A stretch of 64,000 nt of DNA from Candidatus Sericytochromatia bacterium. GTDB lineage: Bacteria > Cyanobacteriota > Sericytochromatia > S15B-MN24 > UBA4093. The stretch is taken from positions 96,001 to 160,000 of the forward strand of contig JAKFBU010000001.1 in NCBI GenBank assembly GCA_036676985.1. Direction: 5' to 3'. Of this stretch, positions 45,517 to 56,343 are shown piece after piece. A program made the translations under genes and the position numbers. How positions within the stretch are numbered: position 1 is the first letter of the stretch; each line of letters opens with the position of its first letter. The notes beneath the pieces are model-generated. The model saw only the letters and a program-made list of their open reading frames with translations. It was not told the origin of the DNA and did not search any database.

Positions 45517-45610
45517 TGTTAAATTTAGCTTAACATTGTGCTATCATGTGCCTAACGGGTACCGATCGGGTACCCGGGGGAAGTTTGCATCACAGGGGGT
45601 AGACAACCGC

Positions 45611-46123
45611 ATGGCAGCACCTCGTTGGCTGGCACTCACGGCGCTCACCTTGGTCCTTTCCGCTCTGGTCGGCTGCGGCTCGACCGCTCCTTCTCTCAAG
45701 GCCACCCCGGCGACCGCGATCCAGGCGGCCGCCGCTCGTCCGAACCCGCCCCAGGTGGCGGCCTCGGCGCTCGATAACTACACCTCGTCCGAAGCCCGCC
45801 GGATCGCGGCGGACGCCCTCTACCGGTACGATCTCCTGCGCCGCGACTGGTTCAACGCCGCGAGCGACTGGGAGAAGGACCGGATCGAGCAGCAAATGGT
45901 CACAGCACTCACCAACGGCCTGCAGGACGTGCGCCGCGCAACCTACAGCAGCTACGCCGGCGACGCCCGCCGGATCCACGGCATCGCGACCCGCGCCATC
46001 GAGCGCCAGGAGATCCTGCGCCGCGACTGGCAGTACGCCTACGGCGACCGGGAGCGGCGGCTTATCGTCAACGAGATGCTGACGGTGCTGACGGGCGCCC
46101 TCCTGGAGATTCGCGATCGCTGA
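45611..46123 (+). CDS. Helical lipoprotein with a two-fold internal repeat
   Basis: LVGC lipobox; ARRI...LRRDW...M...LT.(G/A)L..(V/I)R occurs twice. Confidence 0.7.
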   Translation: MAAPRWLALTALTLVLSALVGCGSTAPSLKATPATAIQAAAARPNPPQVAASALDNYTSSEARRIAADALYRYDLLRRDWFNAASDWEKDRIEQQMVTALTNGLQDVRRATYSSYAGDARRIHGIATRAIERQEILRRDWQYAYGDRERRLIVNEMLTVLTGALLEIRDR

Positions 46124-46226
46124 TCCGGTGCGCTGAACCTTAACGTAAGCTTGCCGGTCTCTTTACCGGCTGGACGGCCATGGGCCCCGATAAGGAGGAC
46201 AAGCAGTCTTCCCTAGGAGGTGTCGC

Positions 46227-46766
46227 ATGGCCGTCAATCTGAGCTCACCTGCCGTCGCCTATCCGCCGAACTCCCGTCCGCCGGCCCCCAAGCTGGGCAT
46301 GGCCGCCGGCGCCCCGGCGATCGTGCGCGTCCCGCAGATGCGGTCGGCCGCAGCTCTCTCCAGCGCCAAGGCGGGTGGTCTCTACAAGCCTTCGCTCGGC
46401 GGCACCTTTCGCCAGCTCCTCTCGCCCTTCAGCTTCGTCAAGACGGCGGGCATCAGCGCGCTGATCTCGTTCCCGCTGGCCGCCCTCTCCAACTTCCTGG
46501 ACCTCCAGCAGGGCAACCTCACCCAGAAGCAGTTCATGGTCAACACGGTCGCCGACGGCTTCGCCTACACGGCGACGGGTACCGCGGCCTCGATGGTCGG
46601 GGCATTGGTGGGCAGCCTGATCCCCATCCCCTTCCTCGGGACCATGCTCGGAATGCTCGGTGGTGTGGCCGTAGGCGCGCTCCTGGGCAAGCTCTACGAC
46701 GATCAGATCAAGCCCCAGTTCCGGCAGACCGTCGAATCGAGCATGACGCAGTCGGGCATGCTCTAG
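46227..46766 (+). CDS. Glycine-zipper membrane protein
   Basis: GGAGG RBS; VGALVGSLIPIPFLGTMLGMLGGVAVGALLG. Confidence 0.65.
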   Translation: MAVNLSSPAVAYPPNSRPPAPKLGMAAGAPAIVRVPQMRSAAALSSAKAGGLYKPSLGGTFRQLLSPFSFVKTAGISALISFPLAALSNFLDLQQGNLTQKQFMVNTVADGFAYTATGTAASMVGALVGSLIPIPFLGTMLGMLGGVAVGALLGKLYDDQIKPQFRQTVESSMTQSGML

Positions 46767-46775
46767 GGACTTTCC

Positions 46776-47846
46776 GTGGCTTCCCCTCTCAAGCATTTTG
46801 CCGCCAGCCTCCTGAGCGCCCTTGTGGTCGCCGGGTGCGGCATCTACGAGCCGATCACTCCCGCCCAGCGAGCAGCCATCGACTACGCGCGCCAGAACAA
46901 GCTGGCAGACGAGTACGCCCGCACGCATCAGCGCGGCCTCGGAGCGAGCATCCAGGGTAGGCCCCAGCTCGCCCCGCAAACGGGACGCTCCACGCTCGCC
47001 GCCATGCCCGAGCGGGTCGACCTGCGCCCCCAGTGTCCTCCGATCTACAACCAGGGTCCCTTCCGGACGTGCACCGGCTTCTCGGTCGCCAAGGGCCTGG
47101 GAGAGTACCTGCTGATGCAACGCGGCGTCAAGACGCCGTTGTCGGCTAACCATCTTTATGTGGCCGCGAAGGACGCCGCCATGCATGCGGAGAAGCGCCA
47201 GGGTGGCGACGGGTTCGAGTTCGCGGAATGGTCGGACTTCAAGGACACCGGGACGTCCATCGCCTCGGCCTTGGCGGCCCTCGAGATGGGCGGCGCGGTG
47301 CCGGAGGCGGAGCGTCCGTACCCGCCCGAACGCCTCTGGGGGCAGTACTGGGACTCCAGCGTCTATCCGGGGCAGACGTTCAAGCCCAACGACCTGCTGG
47401 GTCCCTACTTCCTCTCCGAGGACGTCGATTACTCCTTGTCGCGCGTGACCTACCCGCTGGTGTCGACGGCGCTGCGCATCAAGCGAGCCAAGCCGGTGAA
47501 CAGCCTCGCGGAGCTGCGGGCGTCGCTCGCCCAGGGCATGCCGGTGGTGTGCGGGCTGGTGGTCTACGAGAGCTTTTACTCGCAGCCCGTGCGTCAGACG
47601 GGTCGCGTCCCGCTACCTGCCCCGACCGAGCAGGTCCTGGACGGCCATGCCATGCTCTGCGTGGGGTACGACGAGGCCTCGGGCCTGCTGCTCTTCCGCA
47701 ACTCGTGGGGGGTGGAGTGGGGCGATCGCGGCTACTGCTACGTCCCCTACGAGGCGGCGAGCCGCGGCATGCTCCGCGACTGCTGGACCGTCGAGGAGCT
47801 GGACGATGCGCCGGCGGGAAGCCTGTTCGACCGGATCACCCGCTAG
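46776..47846 (+). CDS. Papain-family (C1A) cysteine peptidase lipoprotein
   Basis: VAGC lipobox; PERVDLR, NQG...CTGF, GHAM, RNSWGVEWGDRGY. Confidence 0.88.
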   Translation: MASPLKHFAASLLSALVVAGCGIYEPITPAQRAAIDYARQNKLADEYARTHQRGLGASIQGRPQLAPQTGRSTLAAMPERVDLRPQCPPIYNQGPFRTCTGFSVAKGLGEYLLMQRGVKTPLSANHLYVAAKDAAMHAEKRQGGDGFEFAEWSDFKDTGTSIASALAALEMGGAVPEAERPYPPERLWGQYWDSSVYPGQTFKPNDLLGPYFLSEDVDYSLSRVTYPLVSTALRIKRAKPVNSLAELRASLAQGMPVVCGLVVYESFYSQPVRQTGRVPLPAPTEQVLDGHAMLCVGYDEASGLLLFRNSWGVEWGDRGYCYVPYEAASRGMLRDCWTVEELDDAPAGSLFDRITR

Positions 47847-47859
47847 GGGCGGATCCTCC

Positions 47860-48852
47860 TTATTTCGCGCTGAACGATCCCCCGATATCCGTCGACGTCG
47901 TGGCCGTCACCGTGAACGTCACCGGATCGGACGCCCCCGCCGGCGTCAGCACCAACACCGGCCCCGTGGTGGCCCCTGCGGGCACGCGCACCACCAGCTC
48001 GGTGGTCGTCGCGGACAGCACGGCGGCGCTCGTGCCGTTGAAGGTCACCGTGCTGCCTCCCGACGCGGGATCGAAGTCCGTGCCCACCAGGGTCACGGTC
48101 GTGCCGATCGAGCCCGAGGCCGGCATGATCGTGAGCACCTCCGGCGGGGTCCCCAGGGACAGCTCTTCCGCTAGATCGTAGTCGTCCGCAACCTTGACGA
48201 CCCCGGCGACGGGATCGAAGTCGTTGGCCAGGAGCTGATCGACCAGCCCGTAGACCCGATGAAACTCCGCATTGGTGATCCCCGTTCCGGTCCACGCGAA
48301 GGTGTCCGGCGTGGACGGACTGATCGAGGAATCGACGCCTGACGTGAGGGTGCCGAGGAGACCGGCTGGCGAGACCGAGGCCGTCCCTTCGAGGCTCGCG
48401 AGCACCGACAGAGCGGTCGTCGACAGGTTCAAGCGGATGCCCACGTTCGGCATGCTGTTGGTGATGGTCACCCAGCCCGCGTCGTAGCGGGCGAGCGTCC
48501 GCAGCCGGGCGGCGTCATGGCCCGCCAGATTGTCCGAGAGCCCCTTGGAGGCCTCCAGGTAGTAGACGGCATTGCCGGGCTTGAACTTGCTGCCGAAGGC
48601 AAGGGCGAACTGCCCGGCCGCGTTGGTGACCGTGGTCGCGATGGTCGTGTTGCTGGCCGTGTCGATCAAGGAGACGGTGGCGGCCCGCGCGACGTCCGCC
48701 ATGGATGCCTGCACCCTGCGGCCCCCGAAGTCGACCGTGCCCGTGAGGGGCGCGACCTCGGGCGGGGTCACGCCCGCCGCCGTGCAACCGGTGATGACGA
48801 GCGCCAGGGCGATGACCGGCGTCGCCGGGCGCTTCAAGCGAACGGGGCTCAT
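47860..48852 (-). CDS. Lipoprotein with a shared N-terminal domain and an IPT/TIG domain
   Basis: ITGC lipobox; P.SG..GT.VTL.GTDF...V.FNG..A.V.S.T.T.L.V.VP IPT pattern. Confidence 0.75.
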   Translation of the reverse strand: MSPVRLKRPATPVIALALVITGCTAAGVTPPEVAPLTGTVDFGGRRVQASMADVARAATVSLIDTASNTTIATTVTNAAGQFALAFGSKFKPGNAVYYLEASKGLSDNLAGHDAARLRTLARYDAGWVTITNSMPNVGIRLNLSTTALSVLASLEGTASVSPAGLLGTLTSGVDSSISPSTPDTFAWTGTGITNAEFHRVYGLVDQLLANDFDPVAGVVKVADDYDLAEELSLGTPPEVLTIMPASGSIGTTVTLVGTDFDPASGGSTVTFNGTSAAVLSATTTELVVRVPAGATTGPVLVLTPAGASDPVTFTVTATTSTDIGGSFSAK

Positions 48853-49805
48853 GGCACGGTCACCGTTGCCGTCGCCTCGACGGTCCCCGAATAGGCGCGG
48901 ACGATGAAGGTCCCGGTCTCATAGGGCGTGAAGGCGCCGTCGACCAGGGAGCTGTCGGACGCGGTCCGGTCGACCGACCACAGTAGAACGGGATTGGCGA
49001 TGACCTGCCCGCCCGCATCACGTGCAACGGGCTGAAGGCTTACCGTCGAGCCCGAGGCCACCCCCGTGAGAGAAGGCAGGGTCAGCGAGCGGATGACCCG
49101 GAAGGACCGGGTCGCCTGCACGCCGTCCACGTCGACGGCCACCGTTCCGTCCTGGACATCCTCCGGTACCGCGAACTCCAGCAGGTCGCCGCGCAGGGTC
49201 ACGAAGTCGTTGATCGCCTGCCCCGAGAGGCTCACGTTGAGGACCCCGACCTGGAAGTTGCCACCCACCACCCGGAGCACGCTGCCCGGGCCTCCGTTCG
49301 GGGACGACTCGTAGATCACCGGCCCGTAGGTCGGCGCCAGCGCCACGTGAACCGGGGTGGAGGTACTGGGCAAGACGGCGACCCCTGCGGCGCTGCCCTG
49401 GGCCACCGGCTCCATGCCAGGAGCCGGCACCTGGTCACGGAACGCCTGGACGAGGATGGTGCGCCCGGTCCCCGACGGCACGGAGAGGCTGGCCGTCGCA
49501 ATCGTGCTCTCGTCCCCCGAGCGAAGGATTTCAGCAGAGGCCAGCAGGTCGCCCGCAGCATCCTGGACCCGGATGCGGAGCAGGTTCGCGCTGGTCGGGA
49601 TGAGCTGGGCACGGTAGGCCCCTCGTGCCGGCCAGCGCACGGCGATGTTGAGCCTTCCCAAAGAGGGCACCTCGAGCTCGCCCTGCGGCGAGTCGATGGC
49701 ACTCACGTCCATGCCAACCTCGGGCGCCCCGCGCAGGGCGGGGACGGGGGTGCAAGCCACGGCGCAGGTGGCCGAGAGCATCAAGGCGAGGGTGATTCGT
49801 CTCAT
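48849..49805 (-). CDS. Lipoprotein with IPT-like and Ig-like domains
   Basis: AVAC lipobox; SPNGGPGSVLRVVGGNF; terminal Ig-like domain. Confidence 0.7.
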   Translation of the reverse strand: MRRITLALMLSATCAVACTPVPALRGAPEVGMDVSAIDSPQGELEVPSLGRLNIAVRWPARGAYRAQLIPTSANLLRIRVQDAAGDLLASAEILRSGDESTIATASLSVPSGTGRTILVQAFRDQVPAPGMEPVAQGSAAGVAVLPSTSTPVHVALAPTYGPVIYESSPNGGPGSVLRVVGGNFQVGVLNVSLSGQAINDFVTLRGDLLEFAVPEDVQDGTVAVDVDGVQATRSFRVIRSLTLPSLTGVASGSTVSLQPVARDAGGQVIANPVLLWSVDRTASDSSLVDGAFTPYETGTFIVRAYSGTVEATATVTVP

Positions 49806-49809
49806 GGGC

Positions 49810-52560
49810 TCAGTAGTTGTAGATGAGTGACAGGTCGTTCAGAACGGCGTTGCCGTTGACCGTCGCCTTCCATCGAACGTATCGCCTCGACGGCAAACTC
49901 GCGAAGGTATTGATCCATGGGCTCCAGGACACGCCGTCCGTGCTGCTCGAGTACTGGAAGATCAAAGAACCGCCGTTGAGGGTCTGATTGGCGACAGTCG
50001 TCACGTAGGTGGGATTCTGGGTGCCGGTATCGTATGTGAGGGACTGGACGTTGCCCGAGGCGATTCGATAGAGGGAAAGCGCCGTCGAGCTGTACTTCGG
50101 AGTGCTGGCGCCTGTCGCCGAGGTCTCGCCCGCCGAGTTCGGATAGTTTACGCCGCCCAGCTTGTCATAGGAAAGCCGGACTCGACCATAACCGCCGCCC
50201 GAATAGGTGTTATTCGCCCCCCAGTTGGAGCTATTCCCGTTCCCCCCCGTTACGGTCACGGAGCTGGCCGCCAGCGACATGGTCGAGGCGTTGAGGAAAA
50301 TAGATCCGCCGCTGCCACCACCGCCATAGGTGGTGAAATTTCCGCCGTTGGAGGAGATGAGACCGTTGTTGGTCAGGGTCGAGGCGTTGATGAAGATGAC
50401 GCCACCTCCGTCACCGCCCTTTCCGCTTGAGCCATTGTACTCGGTACCGCCACCGGCGCCCGGAAAGATGCGGCTGAGATCGGCCGTGCCACCGGCAGAA
50501 CCGCCCAGCGCGTAGTTGGTGTTGCCACCATTGTAACCGCCGCCGGCGGTACCATAACCACCGCCACCGGAATTGTAATAGGCTCCCCCGCCGCCGTTGC
50601 TGCCGATACCCGCACCGCCCAGGACGGTCCCGGTCGTCGTGACCGTCCCGCCTTCGGCGTAGCCTCCACCTCCTCGGGCGGTACTCACGGCCGTACCACC
50701 TCCGTTGGTGGCCGTTGTACTGGCACCACCATTCGGAACACCGGCCGTCGAATTGTAGGTGCCGCCCGTCGCGCCGAGCGCGTTGGCCGAGATGACGCCA
50801 CCCGCGTTGATCGTCAGGTTATCCGCGCGGAAGACGATGAAGCCGCCGCTCAGGCCCAGCGTGGCAACGCTCTGCGTCGTAAGGGTGCCCGACACCGTGA
50901 CATTGCCGTAGTGGGGAACCTTCTGACAGAGTGCCTGACCTTGGTTGTAGGTATGGGCCAGGGCTTGCGTCAACGTCAGCACGCTGCCGTTGACCGATTT
51001 GATGGTGTTGTATTCCCAGTAGCCGGCCCCGGTGCCGTACAGTTGGATGATGAACACCTCCTGGCCCGGCTGGAAGCCCAGCGCATTGCCCACGATGACG
51101 TTCTGGGCCCCGACGTTGCCGTCGGAGGCGAGGATACTGCGCGGCGGAGCGAAGGTCGTGGTGCCCGCCGCGACGTTGAGGTCGCCGTCGTAGAGGATAC
51201 GCGGCCCGCCAGACCAGACGACATTCAGGCTGTTGCCCGAGTCCCACAGGTTGTTATCCAGGAAGTTCTCCGTCACGCTCATCGAGGCCGTGAACGATCC
51301 GAAGGGCTGGCTCAAGAGTCCCTGCCGGGAGCCCAGGAGCACCGGTCCCGAGACGCGACCGGTGAGCGAGGGGCCAGGCACCTTCGCCACGGCCTGGGTG
51401 TTGGTCCAGGACGAGATAAACGGAGCGTTGATCTGGTTGAACCGGACCAGGCTCTCGGTGCCGAAGGCGTCGAAGTCCGTCCCCGTAACCGTGACCCCCG
51501 TGCTGGTGTCCCCCGAGGTGGGCGAGATGCCAGTGATAACCGGGGGCGTCCCGCTGCCCCCGCCGCCCGATCCGCCGGAGCCACCGCCGCCCGACGCCGC
51601 GACCGCAAAGGCCGGATTCTCGGGGCTCGTGCCCAGGGATGTCGTCACCTTGACCACGCCGCTGCTGGGCGCGCCCGCGGGCACGAAGACCCCGAGCGAG
51701 GTTGGCGTGGCGAAGAAGATGGAGGCCGTGGCCGTGCCGAAGAGGACGGTGTTGGCGCTCGCGATGGGCGAGAAGCCGCGCCCCTGCAGGAGCAAGGCCC
51801 CGTTGGCCGCGACCGTCGCGGGCTGGAGGGCCGTCACGCTCGGCTTGACGGCAGGCACGCTGCCCACCGGGTCGAAGTCGTTGGTCAGGCACGCGGCGAT
51901 CGAGGCCGCGAGCGCCGTAATCTCGCTATCCGGGTGCCCGGTCAGCGCGGGGCTGGCGTTGAGCGACGAGCCCGTCACCTTGCCCATGGTGGCGCTGGGG
52001 GGCACGTTCACCGGATCGAGGCTGCTCTCGATGGCCACGGCGGTGGTCAGCGAGTTGATGGCGATGGTAGCGCCCGAGATGCTCGTCCAGGCGCTGCCCG
52101 TCCACTTGAGGATCGAACGGAAGCGGGCCACGGAGTTGCCCGCCGCGTGGTTGTTGAGCCCGCGGCTCGCCTCGAGCAGGAAGTAGCTGTTGGCGGCCGG
52201 GGTGAAGCCGCTCAACGGCAGCACGAACGAGCCGTCCGTGTTGGTCTTGCCCGTGACGATCGTCAGGTTGTCCGCGAGCCCGATGAGGGTCAGGGTGGCG
52301 TTGCTCGACGCGTAGTCGGGAGCCGCCTGCACGTTCAGGTCGGGGAAGGTGACGGTCCCCTGGATGGTGTGGGGCGAGCTCTCGCTCACCGCCGTGACGG
52401 CATCCGAGCCGGCGCCCGCGGGCCCGGCCAGGGGAGTGGGCACCAACTGACACGCCGTCAGCGCCATGGCCAGCAAGGCCACCGTCCAGCGCCAGACTCC
52501 CCCACGGGAAGTCGAGCGCCGAGCCATCAGGGATCCGGGGGGCGCGAAACGTGTACGCAT
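49810..52560 (-). CDS. Large surface lipoprotein/adhesin: shared domain, two IPT domains, Gly-rich passenger
   Basis: LTAC lipobox (start may be 52527); two IPT repeats; GGGGSGG(S/V)I-type Gly-rich repeats. Confidence 0.75.
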   Translation of the reverse strand: MRTRFAPPGSLMARRSTSRGGVWRWTVALLAMALTACQLVPTPLAGPAGAGSDAVTAVSESSPHTIQGTVTFPDLNVQAAPDYASSNATLTLIGLADNLTIVTGKTNTDGSFVLPLSGFTPAANSYFLLEASRGLNNHAAGNSVARFRSILKWTGSAWTSISGATIAINSLTTAVAIESSLDPVNVPPSATMGKVTGSSLNASPALTGHPDSEITALAASIAACLTNDFDPVGSVPAVKPSVTALQPATVAANGALLLQGRGFSPIASANTVLFGTATASIFFATPTSLGVFVPAGAPSSGVVKVTTSLGTSPENPAFAVAASGGGGSGGSGGGGSGTPPVITGISPTSGDTSTGVTVTGTDFDAFGTESLVRFNQINAPFISSWTNTQAVAKVPGPSLTGRVSGPVLLGSRQGLLSQPFGSFTASMSVTENFLDNNLWDSGNSLNVVWSGGPRILYDGDLNVAAGTTTFAPPRSILASDGNVGAQNVIVGNALGFQPGQEVFIIQLYGTGAGYWEYNTIKSVNGSVLTLTQALAHTYNQGQALCQKVPHYGNVTVSGTLTTQSVATLGLSGGFIVFRADNLTINAGGVISANALGATGGTYNSTAGVPNGGASTTATNGGGTAVSTARGGGGYAEGGTVTTTGTVLGGAGIGSNGGGGAYYNSGGGGYGTAGGGYNGGNTNYALGGSAGGTADLSRIFPGAGGGTEYNGSSGKGGDGGGVIFINASTLTNNGLISSNGGNFTTYGGGGSGGSIFLNASTMSLAASSVTVTGGNGNSSNWGANNTYSGGGYGRVRLSYDKLGGVNYPNSAGETSATGASTPKYSSTALSLYRIASGNVQSLTYDTGTQNPTYVTTVANQTLNGGSLIFQYSSSTDGVSWSPWINTFASLPSRRYVRWKATVNGNAVLNDLSLIYNY

Positions 52561-52563
52561 GCG

Positions 52564-53187
52564 TTACTCCACGGTCAGGTCGATGTCACCGATGGTCGTG
52601 ATGGTGATGTAGGCCCTATCCGAATGTCCGCCGGCCTCGGCGGTGATCGTGACCTCCCCGGGCGTGGCCGTGCTCGGGATGGTCACGGTGCCGTCCTCGG
52701 CCACCACGGCCTGGGCCGGGTTCGAGCTCGTCCAGGTCACCGTCTGGCCGTGCGATCCGTCGGACAGCGAGACGTCCGCCGTCAGACGAAGGGTCGAGAC
52801 GTAGCCCGGCGCGTTCGGGCCGATGGGCGATTGGGCGTTCAGCGTGGCCCGCTCCGGCGTCACGTCGACGCGCTGGACGGTCGGCGGCGTGGGCGTCGGG
52901 GTCGGCGAGGGCGTCGGCGTCGGCGAGAGGCTGGGCGTTGGCGAAGGAGTCGGCGAGGGACTGGGGCTCGGGGTCGGCGAGGGCGACGGAGTGGGGGTCG
53001 GAGCAGCGCTCGGCGCGGTCGAGGGGACCGTCGTCTCCTGGATTCCGAGGCCAGTCGTATTCTTGCGACCGAGGCCCGTGCCGGAAGGCAGGTCCTCGGG
53101 GGCACAACCGCCCGCCATGGCGACGAAACAAGCCAATAGCGCCAAAGACCCTGACCATCGCTTCATCACACTCGGCTCAACAACCAA
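52564..53187 (-). CDS. Lipoprotein with a Pro-Thr/Ser linker and a Big_2-type Ig domain
   Basis: AGGC lipobox; (PT/PS)n tract; [17 protein letters not shown]. Confidence 0.75.
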   Translation of the reverse strand: MVVEPSVMKRWSGSLALLACFVAMAGGCAPEDLPSGTGLGRKNTTGLGIQETTVPSTAPSAAPTPTPSPSPTPSPSPSPTPSPTPSLSPTPTPSPTPTPTPPTVQRVDVTPERATLNAQSPIGPNAPGYVSTLRLTADVSLSDGSHGQTVTWTSSNPAQAVVAEDGTVTIPSTATPGEVTITAEAGGHSDRAYITITTIGDIDLTVE

Positions 53188-53259
53188 TAAGCAGAAACGT
53201 TGACTAGGAAAACGTTCCCTACATTGGAAATCGTTAAACTACAGTATAGGGGATGGGGG

Positions 53260-54045
53260 TTAGGAGGGGTCGTCCGCGGACGTCTGCTCGCCTTCGGAGA
53301 GCACGGGAAAGACCTGGTCCGTGAAGAGGGCCACCAGTCGCGGGTCGAAGTGGATGCCCGCGAGGCCCCGGATCTCGGTGAGTGCGTCCTGGGGCTCCCA
53401 TGCCTGGCGGTAGGGCCGTCCATGCGTCAGGGCCTCGTAGGTGTCCACCACCGCGAGGATGCGCGCCGGCAAGGGGATCTCGTCCCCCGCGAGGCCGTCC
53501 GGGTAGCCCGTGCCGTCATAGCGCTCGTGATACCAGCGAACCCACCACGAGGCGTCGGCATTTTCCGCCACCTGCAAGGCGAGCTCCTCACCGAGCAAGG
53601 GGTGCTCCTCGAGGCGCGATCGCTCTTCCAGCGACAGTGGCCCCGGCTTGGCGAGCAAGGCGGCGAAGGCCTCCTCGCCCGCGTCGTGCAAGTACGCGGC
53701 CTCGACCAGGGTCTCCAGGTCCTCGCCCGCAAGCCCGGCTGCCGCGCCGAGGAGCCGGGCGCTCCGGGCCATGCGCTCAGCATGCCCCGCATCGTAGCCC
53801 TCGACGAGGCTCATGGCCGCCCCGCGCTCGGCGCTCGTGCCGGGGCGGGTCCGCAGCCGCGGCAGCTTGGCCGTCTTGGCGACCTGTGCCGCCTCGCGGG
53901 CCCGGCTGCCTGCACGCATGACGAGCCCCCGCACCCGGGCCCAATCGAGGCCGGGGAGCGGGGGACCGAAGAGGTAGTACAGGTAGATCAGGGCCCCCAA
54001 AAGGCTGAGGTAGCCGATGACCCGGAGCAAGAGCTCGCTGGACAC
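53260..54045 (-). CDS. Membrane-anchored HD-GYP domain protein
   Basis: N-terminal TM; LHDAG, HERYDGTGYPDGL, VDTYEALTHGRPYR. Confidence 0.8.
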   Translation of the reverse strand: MSSELLLRVIGYLSLLGALIYLYYLFGPPLPGLDWARVRGLVMRAGSRAREAAQVAKTAKLPRLRTRPGTSAERGAAMSLVEGYDAGHAERMARSARLLGAAAGLAGEDLETLVEAAYLHDAGEEAFAALLAKPGPLSLEERSRLEEHPLLGEELALQVAENADASWWVRWYHERYDGTGYPDGLAGDEIPLPARILAVVDTYEALTHGRPYRQAWEPQDALTEIRGLAGIHFDPRLVALFTDQVFPVLSEGEQTSADDPS

Positions 54046-54073
54046 AGGCTACCTCGAATCCTTAGGGACGGGC

Positions 54074-56176
<2,103 letters not shown>

Positions 56177-56241
56177 GGTCTCTTACTCCAAACTGCTGCG
56201 AACTCTCCCCGGTTTCGCCCCGGGCCACAAGGCCCGGAGAC

Positions 56242-56282
56242 AAAAAAACGAGGCCAAACCCCGGGGGCTTGGTCTGGTCTCG
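56242..56282 (-). terminator. Terminator-like hairpin in the hppA leader
   Basis: Minus strand cgagaccagacc..ggtttggcctcg followed by T7. Confidence 0.65.
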
Positions 56283-56301
56283 GTCATAAAGAACCGTTGT
56301 G

Positions 56302-56330
56302 ATTCTAACGCTTAACCGAGGGTTCGTCTA
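56302..56330 (-). promoter_or_regulatory. Sigma70-like promoter for hppA
   Basis: Minus strand TAGACG-17 nt-TAGAAT. Confidence 0.55.
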
Positions 56331-56343
56331 GCCTTCACGGTTC

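Noticed and set aside
52880-53000. Short tandem DNA repeats
   Set aside because: They encode the Pro-Thr/Ser linker of the Ig-domain lipoprotein; an ordinary low-complexity spacer.
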